Assembly: GCF_003704095.1 (NCBI RefSeq)
Contig: NW_020845022.1
Span: 1 to 64,000, forward strand
Source: Pocillopora damicornis
Taxonomy: Eukaryota
Direction of reading: 5' to 3'
DNA: 64,000 bases
Numbering within the stretch: the stretch's first letter is position 1; each line of letters begins with the position of its first letter. Below, one piece after another: positions 48,672-61,284 of the stretch. The translations under genes were made by a program, and so were the position numbers. The notes beneath the pieces were generated by a model. It did not search any database. It was not told the origin of the DNA and saw only the letters and a list, made by a program, of their open reading frames with translations.

Positions 48672-51600
48672 TCTATTTTATTGTAGTTCTCTATGCATAC
48701 GCTTATGTAGTTCTTATATCTATGTTTTCGGAAAGGGTTTGATTGCAATGTCAGCAAATCTATTTTGAATCTGATGAATTTTTGGGGGGGGAGGGAGAAA
48801 GGATTTTATTTACTTGTGCATTTTTTCCTTTTCTTTTTTTCTTTTTTTTTCAGTTCCGCGTATGGTGATTTAATGGAATATGCAAACGGCGATGACTTTT
48901 CTCTGAAGTGATTTGATTTATAGGTGAAGATTAAAAAAGTGGCCTTCATTCTATTAATATTGGGGCAATCTTGCAACGGCAAATAATTTTTCAGGTTCTT
49001 TTCTTAAATTCTTAGAATTAATGTTTCTGGGAGGCACTTTATTTCGTATTCACGTGAGGGTCTTTACGGCCCATAAAGCAAACACAAACTGAAAACGTTT
49101 TTATTGAAGTATAGATCGACTCTCGATGGAAGTGAAACTGTTTCTACCGCTGGCTTTAAAGTTCAATTCTGAAGAGTATAAGGAATGATTTTTATGGTTT
49201 TTGCACATTTCATTGCCCCTGTTTAGGTGAACGAATGCCCGCTGGACGCTGTGGGGGTGCTCATTAAGTTAATTTGCCTGAGAAGGCTACAAATAAATTA
49301 TTTACTTGTTTGTATTGACTTGAAATTTATCCGATGGAGTCTTAGAATTGACATCAATTTCTCAAAAGGTAGATTGGTGTACTGTGGTTTTGGTGCAAAA
49401 CATTGGATAAATTGTTTGCCATGGTAACAAAGAAAGTGGGTGTCAATTAAATTTTTTATGTCAACTTCTTTTTTCTTTTCGATGACAGCGACTTTGTACT
49501 TGTAAATTACGAGTGAGATTGGTTTATCATTATTTAAATGATCAATGAAATTATCTCCCTTTGGAAATCACAATGCCGAGTTACTTTCGAAGCTGTTCAC
49601 ATGGTGATTGAGCTTTCGGAGAATTTATTCCGTGCATTGTAATGTTGTTCAAATCTCCTTATTCAGCTAGTATTCCTGAGTAGGGTAGTGCGAAAAAAAA
49701 GTGCTTCGAGTTTTTTGAGTCTCAAAACAAACTATAATAGGGGCTTATTATTTTAAAGTGCTCTCATTGCGTTTGGTTTGTCAACGTAAATGCGACACCG
49801 CAAAGCGATTTTGATGGAGTGAAGAGGTAATCAAAGACAGCACTGCTTTTGTCTTGCGATTTATTGATTAGGGAAAAAACCTCTCGCCATCTTTTCAAAT
49901 GTCAAACTAACTTTGACAACTTTGGTTCTAGTTTCTCGAGCCTTAGTTGACCAGCGCTCTCGCTTTTACACCCCAAGTAGCTAGCACTTTGTCAGTCAGT
50001 TAAACTACATAAAGAAAACAGCTAAAAGCGTGAAATATCTGTTAAATGACCAGATTAATTACGTTTTTATTCATAGAATTATGTGACGCGATTCCATGAA
50101 GAAATGATTTCCCATCAAAGTGTAAACCTTTTAAATTAATACGCGAGAAATATTTAGAGCAATGCCTTAGTATATTCTTTTACCTTTTAATCTGAATGAC
50201 ATCTATCCATATAAATATATATATATATGACCAGTATTTTAAGTTATTGAACAGCCTTCTCATAAAATGGCATTTATTGTATCTATGAAATTTATAACGT
50301 GTTATGATTAAGTGCCCTTTGGTAAAGACGCATTTAAACAAATGTCATAAATACAACTGTGGCGTCAGTATTCTGTTTTTGTCCATTTGTTGCGTTGTGT
50401 GTNNNNNNNNNNNNNNNNNNNNNNNNNNNNNNNNNNNNNNNNNNNNNNNNNNNNNNNNNNNNNNNNNNNNNNNNNNNNNNNNNNNNNNNNNNNCCCTTCG
50501 AGAAAAGACAGCTCATAGTGACTGGTTGGGTTATATAAGCCGCACTTACTCATTCCCATTTTATTAACTCAGACGGTTAAGGACAAAAATAGTACCACAC
50601 GTGTGTGATCTCTATCGACCGAGCATCGTCATCGTCGTACCTCAAGGAAGACTGACGCGGGTATTGGGAGCTAGCTCGTGGGGTCAACCCACGGCATGTT
50701 AGGAAATTATTTGCTAAGCGTTCCTCTAGAACCTGCGGCACTGAAGTACTTACGGGTGTCTGGCCATGCCTCTGGGGTCAGCGCAAGATGATGGCCGCTG
50801 CTAAAGCCTCGAAACCCCGAAAGCAGGCACATCCGATATGGCCTAACATGAGGATGGCCCCACTCCGATGTAATGTACCGAAATAACTATGGAAGACACT
50901 CTTTATTTCTAAATCATAAAAATTACACTTTCCTCGAATGTTATTGGTTAAAAACTCCTATTTTGCACTAATTCACTTGCCGAGTTGTTATCTGATAGTT
51001 AGTCATCGGACAGTTCAATAAGCCAATCACATTCAAACTCGTGATAAGCAAACCACAGTTACGCTGCGTGGTCGCCTGACTTTCTTATCACTCGTATAAT
51101 GACAGACCAAGTTGGACTCCACTCAGTCCTATCACCAGTAACTATTCCCACGACGTATTGATGAGTTACAAAACTTTATGGAATCATGCTTTGTCAACTA
51201 ATCAATAGCAATGACCATGATGATCTTGCGTAATGAAGTTAATGGTTGCCATTAGTTATCAGAAGTTACGTTAATTTTTAAGGCGCAATTTTTTTAAGTG
51301 CATCGGAAATCCTTGAATGAGCACTTTTCCTCAAATCAGCACCCTTCCTATCGGGTCAAATTAAAAGCAAGCGAAACCCTTCGGAGAGAAACCCTCCCTC
51401 AAAGCACTGTCGACAAACATACTCGCTGTTTTACAATCCTAGTCTGGAGCACAGAGCATGAAAATGAAAGTCTGTTTGCTACGCAGGACTATTGTTGCAA
51501 ATCCACCTCCTTGGAAGATTGAAGGGAAGTAAGATTATGTGACTAGGGTGTAAGATCAGGACGGAAGTATCATAAATAAGTTTCATAAACGCAAAAAAAG

Positions 51601-52148
51601 TGCAACTATACCGAATTATGCATATGTGTTTTCAAACGTTGCAAATATTTGGGACGTTTGACTTTTGTAGAGGATAAAGCATCATCTTTTACAGTTAAGT
51701 ATATAATGCGAAAAGGAAGTTTCAAATAAGCAGTCATTGTTTGAAATTTAATTCATTTGCATCCTTATGAACAATTACAGCTTCATTTCCATGTTTTGTC
51801 AAACTTCAAGACCACTTTCAAATATTTCCACTTTTCATTAGCCAATGCTTATTTATTTGTTTATTTTATTAAGTTATTTATTTTTTTTGGTTGGTTCAAG
51901 TAGAGCGGTTTCGAATGACTTCCGGGAATTAAAACAAGTAAGCATGCAGTCTGAACAATCACAACAAATTACAGCGGTGAAATTAACCAATCAGAACTCG
52001 TAACACAACCTGTCCCTCGCCACGCGCGCGAAAAGGACTATGTTCCGATTAGTCAAGATCAACTCTGTGCCTGTTATGATTAGTCAAGCTACATGCAAAC
52101 TTGTGGTTTTCTACAGTCATCGAAAACCGCTTGGTTCAGAGATCAGTC

Positions 52149-53439
52149 TTAGTCTGAGAAGAAATCTTCCCAGTCGTATTTGACTCTCTCCTTTTCTTCG
52201 TCTCCCCAAGACTCGTCGCTGCTATCGCCGGAGGCTTTGTAAGTCTCCATATCTCGAAGGTCAGCTCGGATTTCTGCTTCCTCCTCCTGTAGTCTTCGAG
52301 TCACCTAGAACCGCAAGAAAGTGTAATCAGCCCCCATAGCAATGAATGTTCTTCATGCCCAAAGTCTCCTAAATCGCTCTTCCTTAAATCATAGATCCTC
52401 CTACCTAGTCAGGGTGCTAAACCCGAGTTTGACATCAAATGTTACTTACTCTATCTTTGACTTTCTTGGCGTACTTCTGTTTCATCTTATTCTGCTTATC
52501 AATCTTCATTTGCCGTTTTACTTTCCTCTGCTTGGTTTGCTCCTCTTTCTGTTCAATAGACAACTGAAGCCGGTCCCTGGCGAAGGCCTGTGCTTCTGCA
52601 ATTCTGCTCCTATTTCGGGACGTTTTGTTTCCAGCTCGTCTTCGCTTCTCCATTTCTTCGCTACGCTTTCTTTCCGCAGCTGCTTGTTTAACGGCGATTT
52701 TTGCAGCAGTGGCTCGGGCAGAAGTCTCCGCAGGGTGTGGTCGCCCCAGCCTAGCCCTGCTACGAGCACTCTCTCGGACGCGCTCCAACTCCTTCAGCTT
52801 CCTCTCCTCAGCAGCACGCATCTTCTGTTCCATATCCTCCAAATTAGGCTCAGGTGCTACTTTACACTGTCTGAAGCGCCTTGGAACTTTTGCAGGCGGA
52901 CAGACCGATTTCGCTTTTCCAGCAGGAATGTCAAATGCCACTGCGGCTTGCGTTTTATTTGGAACAGAGGAAACGGCTGAACTGAAGGGCTTGACGGCTC
53001 GGGTAGAATTGGAGCTTGACGAGGAAGCACATAGTTGAAAAGTAAGTATTTCACGAGCAGTTTCCAACAACTGATCATCGCGATCCAAAACACGGAGCCG
53101 ATCTTTTCTGTTGTTCATGCGCGCGGCAGGGAATATGTTTCTACTTTGGTCAACCAATGCGCGCACGGCAGATTCTGTTTCATCTAGCGACGAAGAATCA
53201 GTTTCGTAGGAAGACCCCTGCTTGAAAGAGCTGGTGCTGGGGATTTTTTCCATGGAACGAACGCTCGATGCACTAGCTTGAAGTCCATCTTTAGAAAACT
53301 CTTTGTCTTCATTCCTATCCACGTCTTCCTTGGCCAGCCTTTTCTTACTTAGAGCCTGGTGTGGCTTCGTAAAACTGATGTTTCCTGAGTGTATCTTGTT
53401 GGTTGGATTCTTAAACTTCGACAGAAGTGATCCACACAT
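52149..53439 (-). CDS. Stathmin-domain protein (STMND1-like), 2 exons, 381 aa
   Basis: Exons 53439-52450 and 52304-52149 (phase 0). VAFDIP...P..F...LEDMEQKMRAAEERK is stathmin-like, followed by a coiled coil and an acidic tail ending YDWEDFFSD. Confidence 0.7.
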
Positions 53440-56400
53440 CTTTTTTTGTATTCCAATTTTGAAAACACTGTTACAATATCTGCAATAACGAGCACTTCTC
53501 ACAATCACTTGCGAAATGCCCCAGCCGTGTCAGTGATTTGCCGAAATTATGTTTATTCTTCGTTGCCCTGGATTCACTTATTACGTACGACACGAAATGA
53601 CGTAAAAAGCGCGCGCAAGAGCCCAGACGCGACGTACACAGCGGTTGAACATCTGCACATGTCCAAATGCTGTAACGTACTTTTAGGCCGTCTGAACCAA
53701 ATTGTCTCACACAAGTTACAATCAACCACATAAGCCAGTAAGTCACGGTGTTTAAAAAGCGTATAACGTTTTTGATAAAACTTAAAACCGAATGGTAAGT
53801 CAACGGAATACCCGCACTCAAGTAAGCTTTATGTTCGAAAAGTCTCATGTTTTCCTTTTCCCTACTTTCCTTGTTTGTTCACTCACATTTTTCCGGACTC
53901 TAGCACATTTTTCATTCATTTACTCCAACCTCCTTATGTTGTGTCTGTCTTGTGTCGTAAGGGATGAAAAAGTTCGCGCCAAAATCCCCGGCGGGCGGTT
54001 ACCAATTGCCGTGTGCATTCGTCAGCTTTGTCGAGGTTAACCTTCGCATAGCCCGTCGCTTCTCAAAATATTTACTTTCAATTTGAGTGTTAAGAGGTGA
54101 ATAATCGTACGTTGCTCAGTAAAAGAACTATTTCCATCCACTGACCTGTATTTATATGTCAAATTTTCACATTATTTTGGACAGGCTCTCCAAATTGGTG
54201 ATAACAAGACTGGACTTTTGGCTTTCAGGCCAAGGGATTGAGCTGGACTCAACACACTCATATGAAGAGAATCAAGTTGGCAAAGACGAGGTAAAGAATA
54301 TAAATATGTTTCGAAATATCCCGAAAAAGTGTTTTTTATAGTTCAATGATAATTTACTAAGTAGCTCTTCAAATGATTGTCAGCATTTCAAGGATTGATG
54401 TGAAAGTAATTCACACACCCAGTCTGCATAAATTTATTGTCACGAGAAGTTAATTTTTCCCTTTATTTTCCATCCTTAGTGATTTAATTTTTATCGAAAA
54501 TGATTTGTTAGAGAACACAATGTAACCGTGCTAGCAAGCTTAGACCCATTTTCAAACTTAACACTGATAACTGCAGTGATATTGTTTTGATACTTTGATG
54601 CATATTAGCCATTCGTTCTTCATGGCGAGAAAACGGAAAAGTGGAGGGTTCTCGGGGAAATAACTTTTCATAGCAGACGTTCAAATGTGAATGAAGATTT
54701 GCCACAGTGGTCGACATATACGTTAGCAATTTGTAAACTAGAATATTATACAAAGTACTCTCTGAACTAAAGCATAGAATTGATCGTGTCTCTTACAGCC
54801 GGTCGTAAGCAGTGAGAACCTTATTCTTAACAATTTTCCATGACATTTTTTTTTTTTTTCATTTTTTCGGCAAAGATCATTCCCTCAGTCAATTTGGCTT
54901 TTTTTCCTGAAAATCTTTAAGTCTTTCATTTCACAACCAAAAGTCTTGTGATCACATTCATAAAAGCATTTGGAAAGTAAAGGACATAAAATCACACCGT
55001 TGCTGTCAATGTTTTTCAGTGAAATGAGCAATCGGAAATAAGTGGTGGATCCTCTCCTGAGTGCGCCTTTATTTCTAAACAGGTTGACACTTCACAAAGG
55101 ATTTTTCTCTTTCTGACCCCTTCCCCCTCTGAAGCCCATGACCGTCAATTCCTTGTACACCCTCTTTTTACGTCACCCTTTATAATTTCAGCCAGGTTTT
55201 AAACAGATTATGATGTGTAAATAACTTTTGGCTTGTAGATTAAGACCGCCAATGACTAGAGTGGTACGCAATCAAAAACCCAAAGAAAGTCTTTCAGTCA
55301 TTTATAGCTGAATATCGCTTTTGTGTTGGAAATGAGTCGAATTTCTCCCTTCTCCCGCCTCTTTAGTTCACTTTCGCCCCATCCATGCTTTCGCATGGCT
55401 TTCGCTCCATTCGCCTTCTCCTGTGAGAAGACACTATACAGCATATTTTGGTCATTGTATAAAGGGTTGATTAGAATTGCCGATTGATGGTAGAAAGATA
55501 TTTTGGATAGCTCTAGTTTTGTGTTACGAGCTTTGCTCTGTGATTGATCTGGGAATCTCACGCCTCTGTCTGAGCCAATCTGGTGCCAAACCAAAACTAA
55601 CGGCGACTTGGTCGATGGCGTTTTCCCGCGCTTTAGAAAGTTTGAGTTCTCACTGCCTTCTTGTGATATTTACTAAGCTCTGATTGGCCGTTGCGATTGT
55701 TTTGTTTTGATCAAGAAAGGCTCAAACTAGTGATAGTTCAAGAAGTTTTCAGCCGCTTCCACGGAGAGGGGTTTTTGGTGCTGTAATGAAAAGCCATAAA
55801 ATGTTTACTTGGTGATGGTTCAGGATAGGATTCAGCGAATTCCATTTCGAGTCAACTAATTTTGAAATGTAGCTACCCTTGGTATGCCAAGGGGAAAAAA
55901 TTTGGCAGATTCCCCCCTCCTCGGTACAAGGCGGTAATTGTTTATACAAACGAAATTTCCTTCGTGAAAATTGCCAGCACAATATTGAAGCGTAACTATA
56001 ATACAATGCATTCAACATTAGGAGATTGTGTCAGTCAAGCGAAATATGGATAAGGAGACTCCTGAACGAGAATTTTCAAATAACTTCACAAAATCTACTC
56101 ATGTTGCTTCGAAGACTCGTACATACAAACCCAAATATCTTAGCAGCTGACGCTTTTGCTGCTTTTATTTGAAAACCAGTCAAACTGATAGCGAAGACTC
56201 TGGAATATGTGTATGAAATATAGAGTTATTGTCAATAAAATAATTTTAAATACTTACCTATAATACAGGTGAAACATTCTTATCAGATCAGGCTTTATCT
56301 TTTTTTTCAAATTTTCGGCTGATCTTCAAAAAACTATCTTCATCTTTTGTTTCCTTGAAGAAAAGGATTCTTGTACGGAAACGAATGTGTTGAATTTAAT

Positions 56401-59400
56401 TCAGTTTATCAGTTACAAAACCTCTTTCTAGTTAAAAAAAAGCGAGGTAAAACATGTTTTTTCACCTTTTGATATGTTGTGCCCATTCATCAGATCAATT
56501 GCGGTGATGCACTCTTTTAAGCAAAAAAATAAAAAAAAGTAATTGAAGAGATTTTAGCTGCCTGACGAAAAGAATTCTCAATATTTGATTGATGTTTTTA
56601 CCTCCCTCATCAAAACCCTCAGTGATAATCCTTGTTTCATCAGAACAGTTAATCCTTTTGCATTTTAAGATCTTATTTTCTCCAAAGCAAATTACTGAAA
56701 AGCAGTACCTCTCGATTGATAGATTGTTAGGCATAATTTTGTGTTAATTTTTAATCATTCAAGGCCGGAGCACAGAGGGAGACTAAAGCAATTAAAAATC
56801 AAGTACTTCCGTGAAATTTCTTAATAAAGTATATAACTTTTTTGAAGGTTTCAATGCAAGTATAAATGGTTATAATTTTTGTCCAGAAAAGAAAAACAGA
56901 AGCTGCAAGACTCTCTACGTCTTTTTTAAAAACTGAACGTGAAAGTTATTCCGTTTAGAGTTCAGCATTTCTCGAATATTTTCATTATTTACGCGGCTCA
57001 AACGTGTTGTTTACTTTGGCTTAAAATTAGTTTTCACCTGTACTTCTCCAAGCGGCATTAATTTCCAGATCAAAGCTTATTCATCTTTTTTTTCAATTTT
57101 ACTAGGTTTCGTTTTGATGTGATAATAATTGTTAACTTTAAAAAAGCCTTTCATCTTGTGGTTTTTTTCTCGCCAAAGTGCTGTCAGGGTTTCTCCTTGA
57201 GATGTAAAACTCAGATCAAAATTGAGAATCTTGTCTAATTTGTAGGATTTTGTCATGTTCAAATCCTTCTCTTTAAGTGGCAAATTGATTTCTTATTGAA
57301 GGAAAAAAGCGCTGGTTCCATGAGATAAATTAAAATATATTCAGATCCAATTGGAAACAATACGTGGAGGAAATCGCAATTTGTTGTACTTATGTTTTCC
57401 TGTTCTGTAATTACACGTAGAAAAGTAGTCTCCAAAATATATGAATTCACAGCGTTTTCATATTTACCATTCTTTTAACGCACTGCAGACGGCCCCCGTA
57501 ACTTTGCTACCACGCGCAATTTAAACGTTTTATGACAATGACATGCTAGCTTTAACTGTACTTCAGGCGCTTAAAATCCCAACCGAAGTACAGGGTAGGA
57601 AATTGACTTTCGGCTCCCAACTGAGTTGAGAAAAGAGCAATTACTCAGATGTCATCAGCCGTCTTCCAGAAGAAAAACCCATCATAAATTTTCCATGCAA
57701 TTAAGATAAACAGTGGCTAAATTGGTGAGAACGTGCGAGAAATCTTGCTATTGATTCAACCATCTTTATCGACTTTTTTTAACCCATCTAAAGGAGAATG
57801 TTTTATTGGAAAAGATGCATTGGGAAAAAGATGTTTAAAATGTTTAATGCAGAGAAAAGTGAATCGTGGTTAATTTTTTTAATCTTAGGTTTTATTCATT
57901 TGTTGTCCAATTGCCCACAGTGTCACCTGTCTATTTTTTTTTTCGTCCGCCAAAGGGTTTTTTGTCCTCTCAAGTAACGTCAGCTGAGAGGCCCAATAAC
58001 TGCACCTGCCTCACAACTTCATTAATTATACCTCAGAATATTGATTAATGTTGAAAGTTACAATTATCGCTATCAGGCGTAATATTCGCGTGTTTTACGA
58101 ATTACTAAATTTGAAAGAAAACACCTTATTTTGTCCAATTTTCTTTTTGTTTTTGCTTTCTCTTACTGAAATTGTTGTGGTCATTTTCATAAGAAAAGCT
58201 ACAATTTCCCGCGAATGATTATTACCGACAAAAATTACAATGTTTTAAAATGACATTAGGTTTCGCTCGATCTGTCAAAGTGATTAAGAATGAAAATGCG
58301 AATTTGTGATGGATTGGTTCGTTTCGCGTATTTTTTGCATTTTTTCCCCGCGTTGAGCACCTGCTGGTGATCACGTGATCACTCCACTTTTCACAAGCGG
58401 CTAATCGCATGTTGAATTTAACAATCAAGACGACGAAATAGTGGATGTTTGCCCGCCCGCCCGCCACATGTAAACAAATATGAGTTTTTGTGAATGCATT
58501 TATTCCGTCGAACACCTGCAAGGTACTGTGACCGTGAGTTGGTTTTGATGTCGTACAGTTGCGCGGCTGATATAGCTGTGACCACCTTGCCAGCACCAGA
58601 GACGAACGTCGACTATGAGCGAGGCCTCGCTGTTTTAAACGACGAATGCTACCAAAGAGACAACAGCTTCATCTGATTCGGGTTCAAAAGCTGCCTACTA
58701 TGCTTGAAAGCGATTTATCGAAGCTTTATCCCACACAGAGACGATCATGTGAGTTGAAAATGTTCCAATTTTTTCTTTATTTCATGCCTCAAAATTGGCG
58801 GAAGCGCTTTCTTTTTTATTTTCGTACCATGACTTGCATTATTTAGACGCTTTAGAAGAGGGTGTTATTTTCAGAGCACAATATTGGAAAGCTTTGTCTC
58901 TCGAGGAAATACAAGTTTTTTTTTTTTGGGACATACAATTTTGCTTAATGTGAAAAATACAGCGTTTGAAACACTGTTATGGTACAACGTACTATCAAAA
59001 GTTTAAAAAGAAACGAAACAAATTTTGCATTCAAATCCCGCGTAAATTATTTTGAACATCTGAAATCTGAAATGAAATATGGTTTGTAAGGGAATAGTTC
59101 ATGAGATTTTTATCACAATCTCTACAAGATGGCAGTCCGTGTTTTTGAATCAGAATATCAATTTTCTTCGAACAAGTCTATTTTTCATTGCATACTGCAA
59201 ATCAATAGATACTGTTTTTACAAGCTCATATTTGAAATACAAGCAGCATAGATCGTAAAATTTTGCTGGGTTGGCGGTGAAAATATGTGCTTGTAACTGA
59301 GTTCACGGGCAAAACCTCAGGTTGTTTTAAATCGCTTCATGAATAAGTAATATTTATTTCTGCAGCTTGTTAGACACTTCAGTATGGCCAACCATTAAGC

Positions 59401-61284
59401 GTAATTTAAGTCCCTGGAAAGCGGTTTACTTTGCCTCATTTTGACAAAATATATCATCAGGAAGTTTAGCCTAACGCCACATTTCATTTTACTGAATATG
59501 GAATTATTTCGCCGAAATCTCCTTACGTGATCAAGCGATCTAAATGAACAGTTTCGATCGCTATGAGAGAGGGTTTTTGTTTAAGACCGGACATGCGATA
59601 TGCTAAAGATGATTTTGATTAATCGTGCACGCGACAAAACTCAGACGAACACTTCTAATGGACCATGTTTTCGTCTTAGCAAATGAAAGTCCATTTCACG
59701 CACATACACAAAAAAACTCCATTTAATGTCTTCCTTTCGTAAACTACGACCATAGATTTAACGATATAAACAGCAAACGTGACCTGCAATTTTTCTCACT
59801 CACAATTCTTCTGTTTTATGCTAGTTCGGTTTTGTTTAAATTTGCCTCATTATGAATTTTGTCCCTTTTTACCCTCAGTCATACATAATTAGGACAAGAT
59901 GTCAAAGTGTTACTATGAGACGTGGTGTTGTCCTTTGTGATGAACACCCTTTGCTGAGCCAGTTTCCCGCGAAACGCATCTTTCACGCAAAAATGCAGTC
60001 TCTTGGCAACAGATTTCATCTCGGGTATCTTTTACCTAAGGGGTTCCTTATCTGTAACAGACAGAACGTCGCTTGGCTATATCCGTTTGTCATGCCTACC
60101 CCCGCGATTCTGACAAATTTGCATCGCGACGATTTGAAAGTCATTCTAAAAAGCGAGTGTTTGATAATCAATACTATTTTACTCCCCAAAGAGTAGCAAG
60201 GCAGCTGAGTATATTCCGTAAAGGTGACTGAACAAACAAGCCTGTAGCCTGATTCAAACATACTGTGCTTCGCACAAAGTGCGAACCCACACAAGTAGCC
60301 TTGGTTGAACTGTCAATCATGTCGTCATGGAAATTTAAGAAGATGAAGAAATATTTTATAGTTCGAAGGAAAAAGATCTTTTTAGTCGCAAACCATCGGG
60401 CCAAAGACTGAGTTTTATACAGAAGCTAAAGTTCAAGGCTTTTCATAAATTTTTCCGCCTGATATTTAAAGTTCTGTCTCAATGGTGTTTGAATAATAGC
60501 CGGAAAATGCTTTTCAAAGTAAAACTGACAATATTTCATGAAACCGTACACATTTTCCAGGAAAATTTTATAGATTTTACTTCTAAATTGTTTTATCTTT
60601 TTTGTTAGAGATGTAAAGGAAAAACAAACAACTTTCAAGAAATTTATAGCTATGGTGCTGCTCAAAAATAGATTTGTTGCAAAAATAAATATTCATCGTG
60701 CTTCAATTTATTTCATTTTTGTAATGATTAGAATACTTTGAGCAGATGGCGCTCTTTAACTAATGTGGGTTATTACGTTAATACAAATTAAAAATCCCAT
60801 TTGCAACACATTACAAATTTCTAAAGCTGGCTGAATTGAAGGGGTTCTAAATGCATACCGTTTCAACTTGCCAATCCAAAAGAGAAACACGGTGTTACTT
60901 TAGCATTTAAAACGATGATTTTAAGTTACATTGAGAACGTCTGTCAAATTAAGGTAGCACTGTCACCATAACTACATCCAAGACTTAGAAAAATTTCTTA
61001 TTTTAATTGTTATTTTTTACTCTAATCTTCGTCTATTAGTAAATATCTGTGTTTTTCGATTAACGGTCAAGGAAGTGCATAGAATTATTACTTAAAATTT
61101 TGCTGTTGTTTCTGTTTTTTAAACCCTCGAAGCAGAGCATAATTTTGGGCGTATTCTTCAGTTTAGAAACGCCATAGTTGACCAAGTGTTGCTGAAACTA
61201 AGAAGCCAGAGTAAAAATTCTAAAGTTTTTGTAGTGACTTACTAAATTCTTCAAGATGGATCTTTTTGTTGGAATATTACTTTC

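Noticed and set aside
52342-53038. 212-aa and 137-aa + strand ORFs
   Set aside because: Antisense shadows of the stathmin-domain exon.
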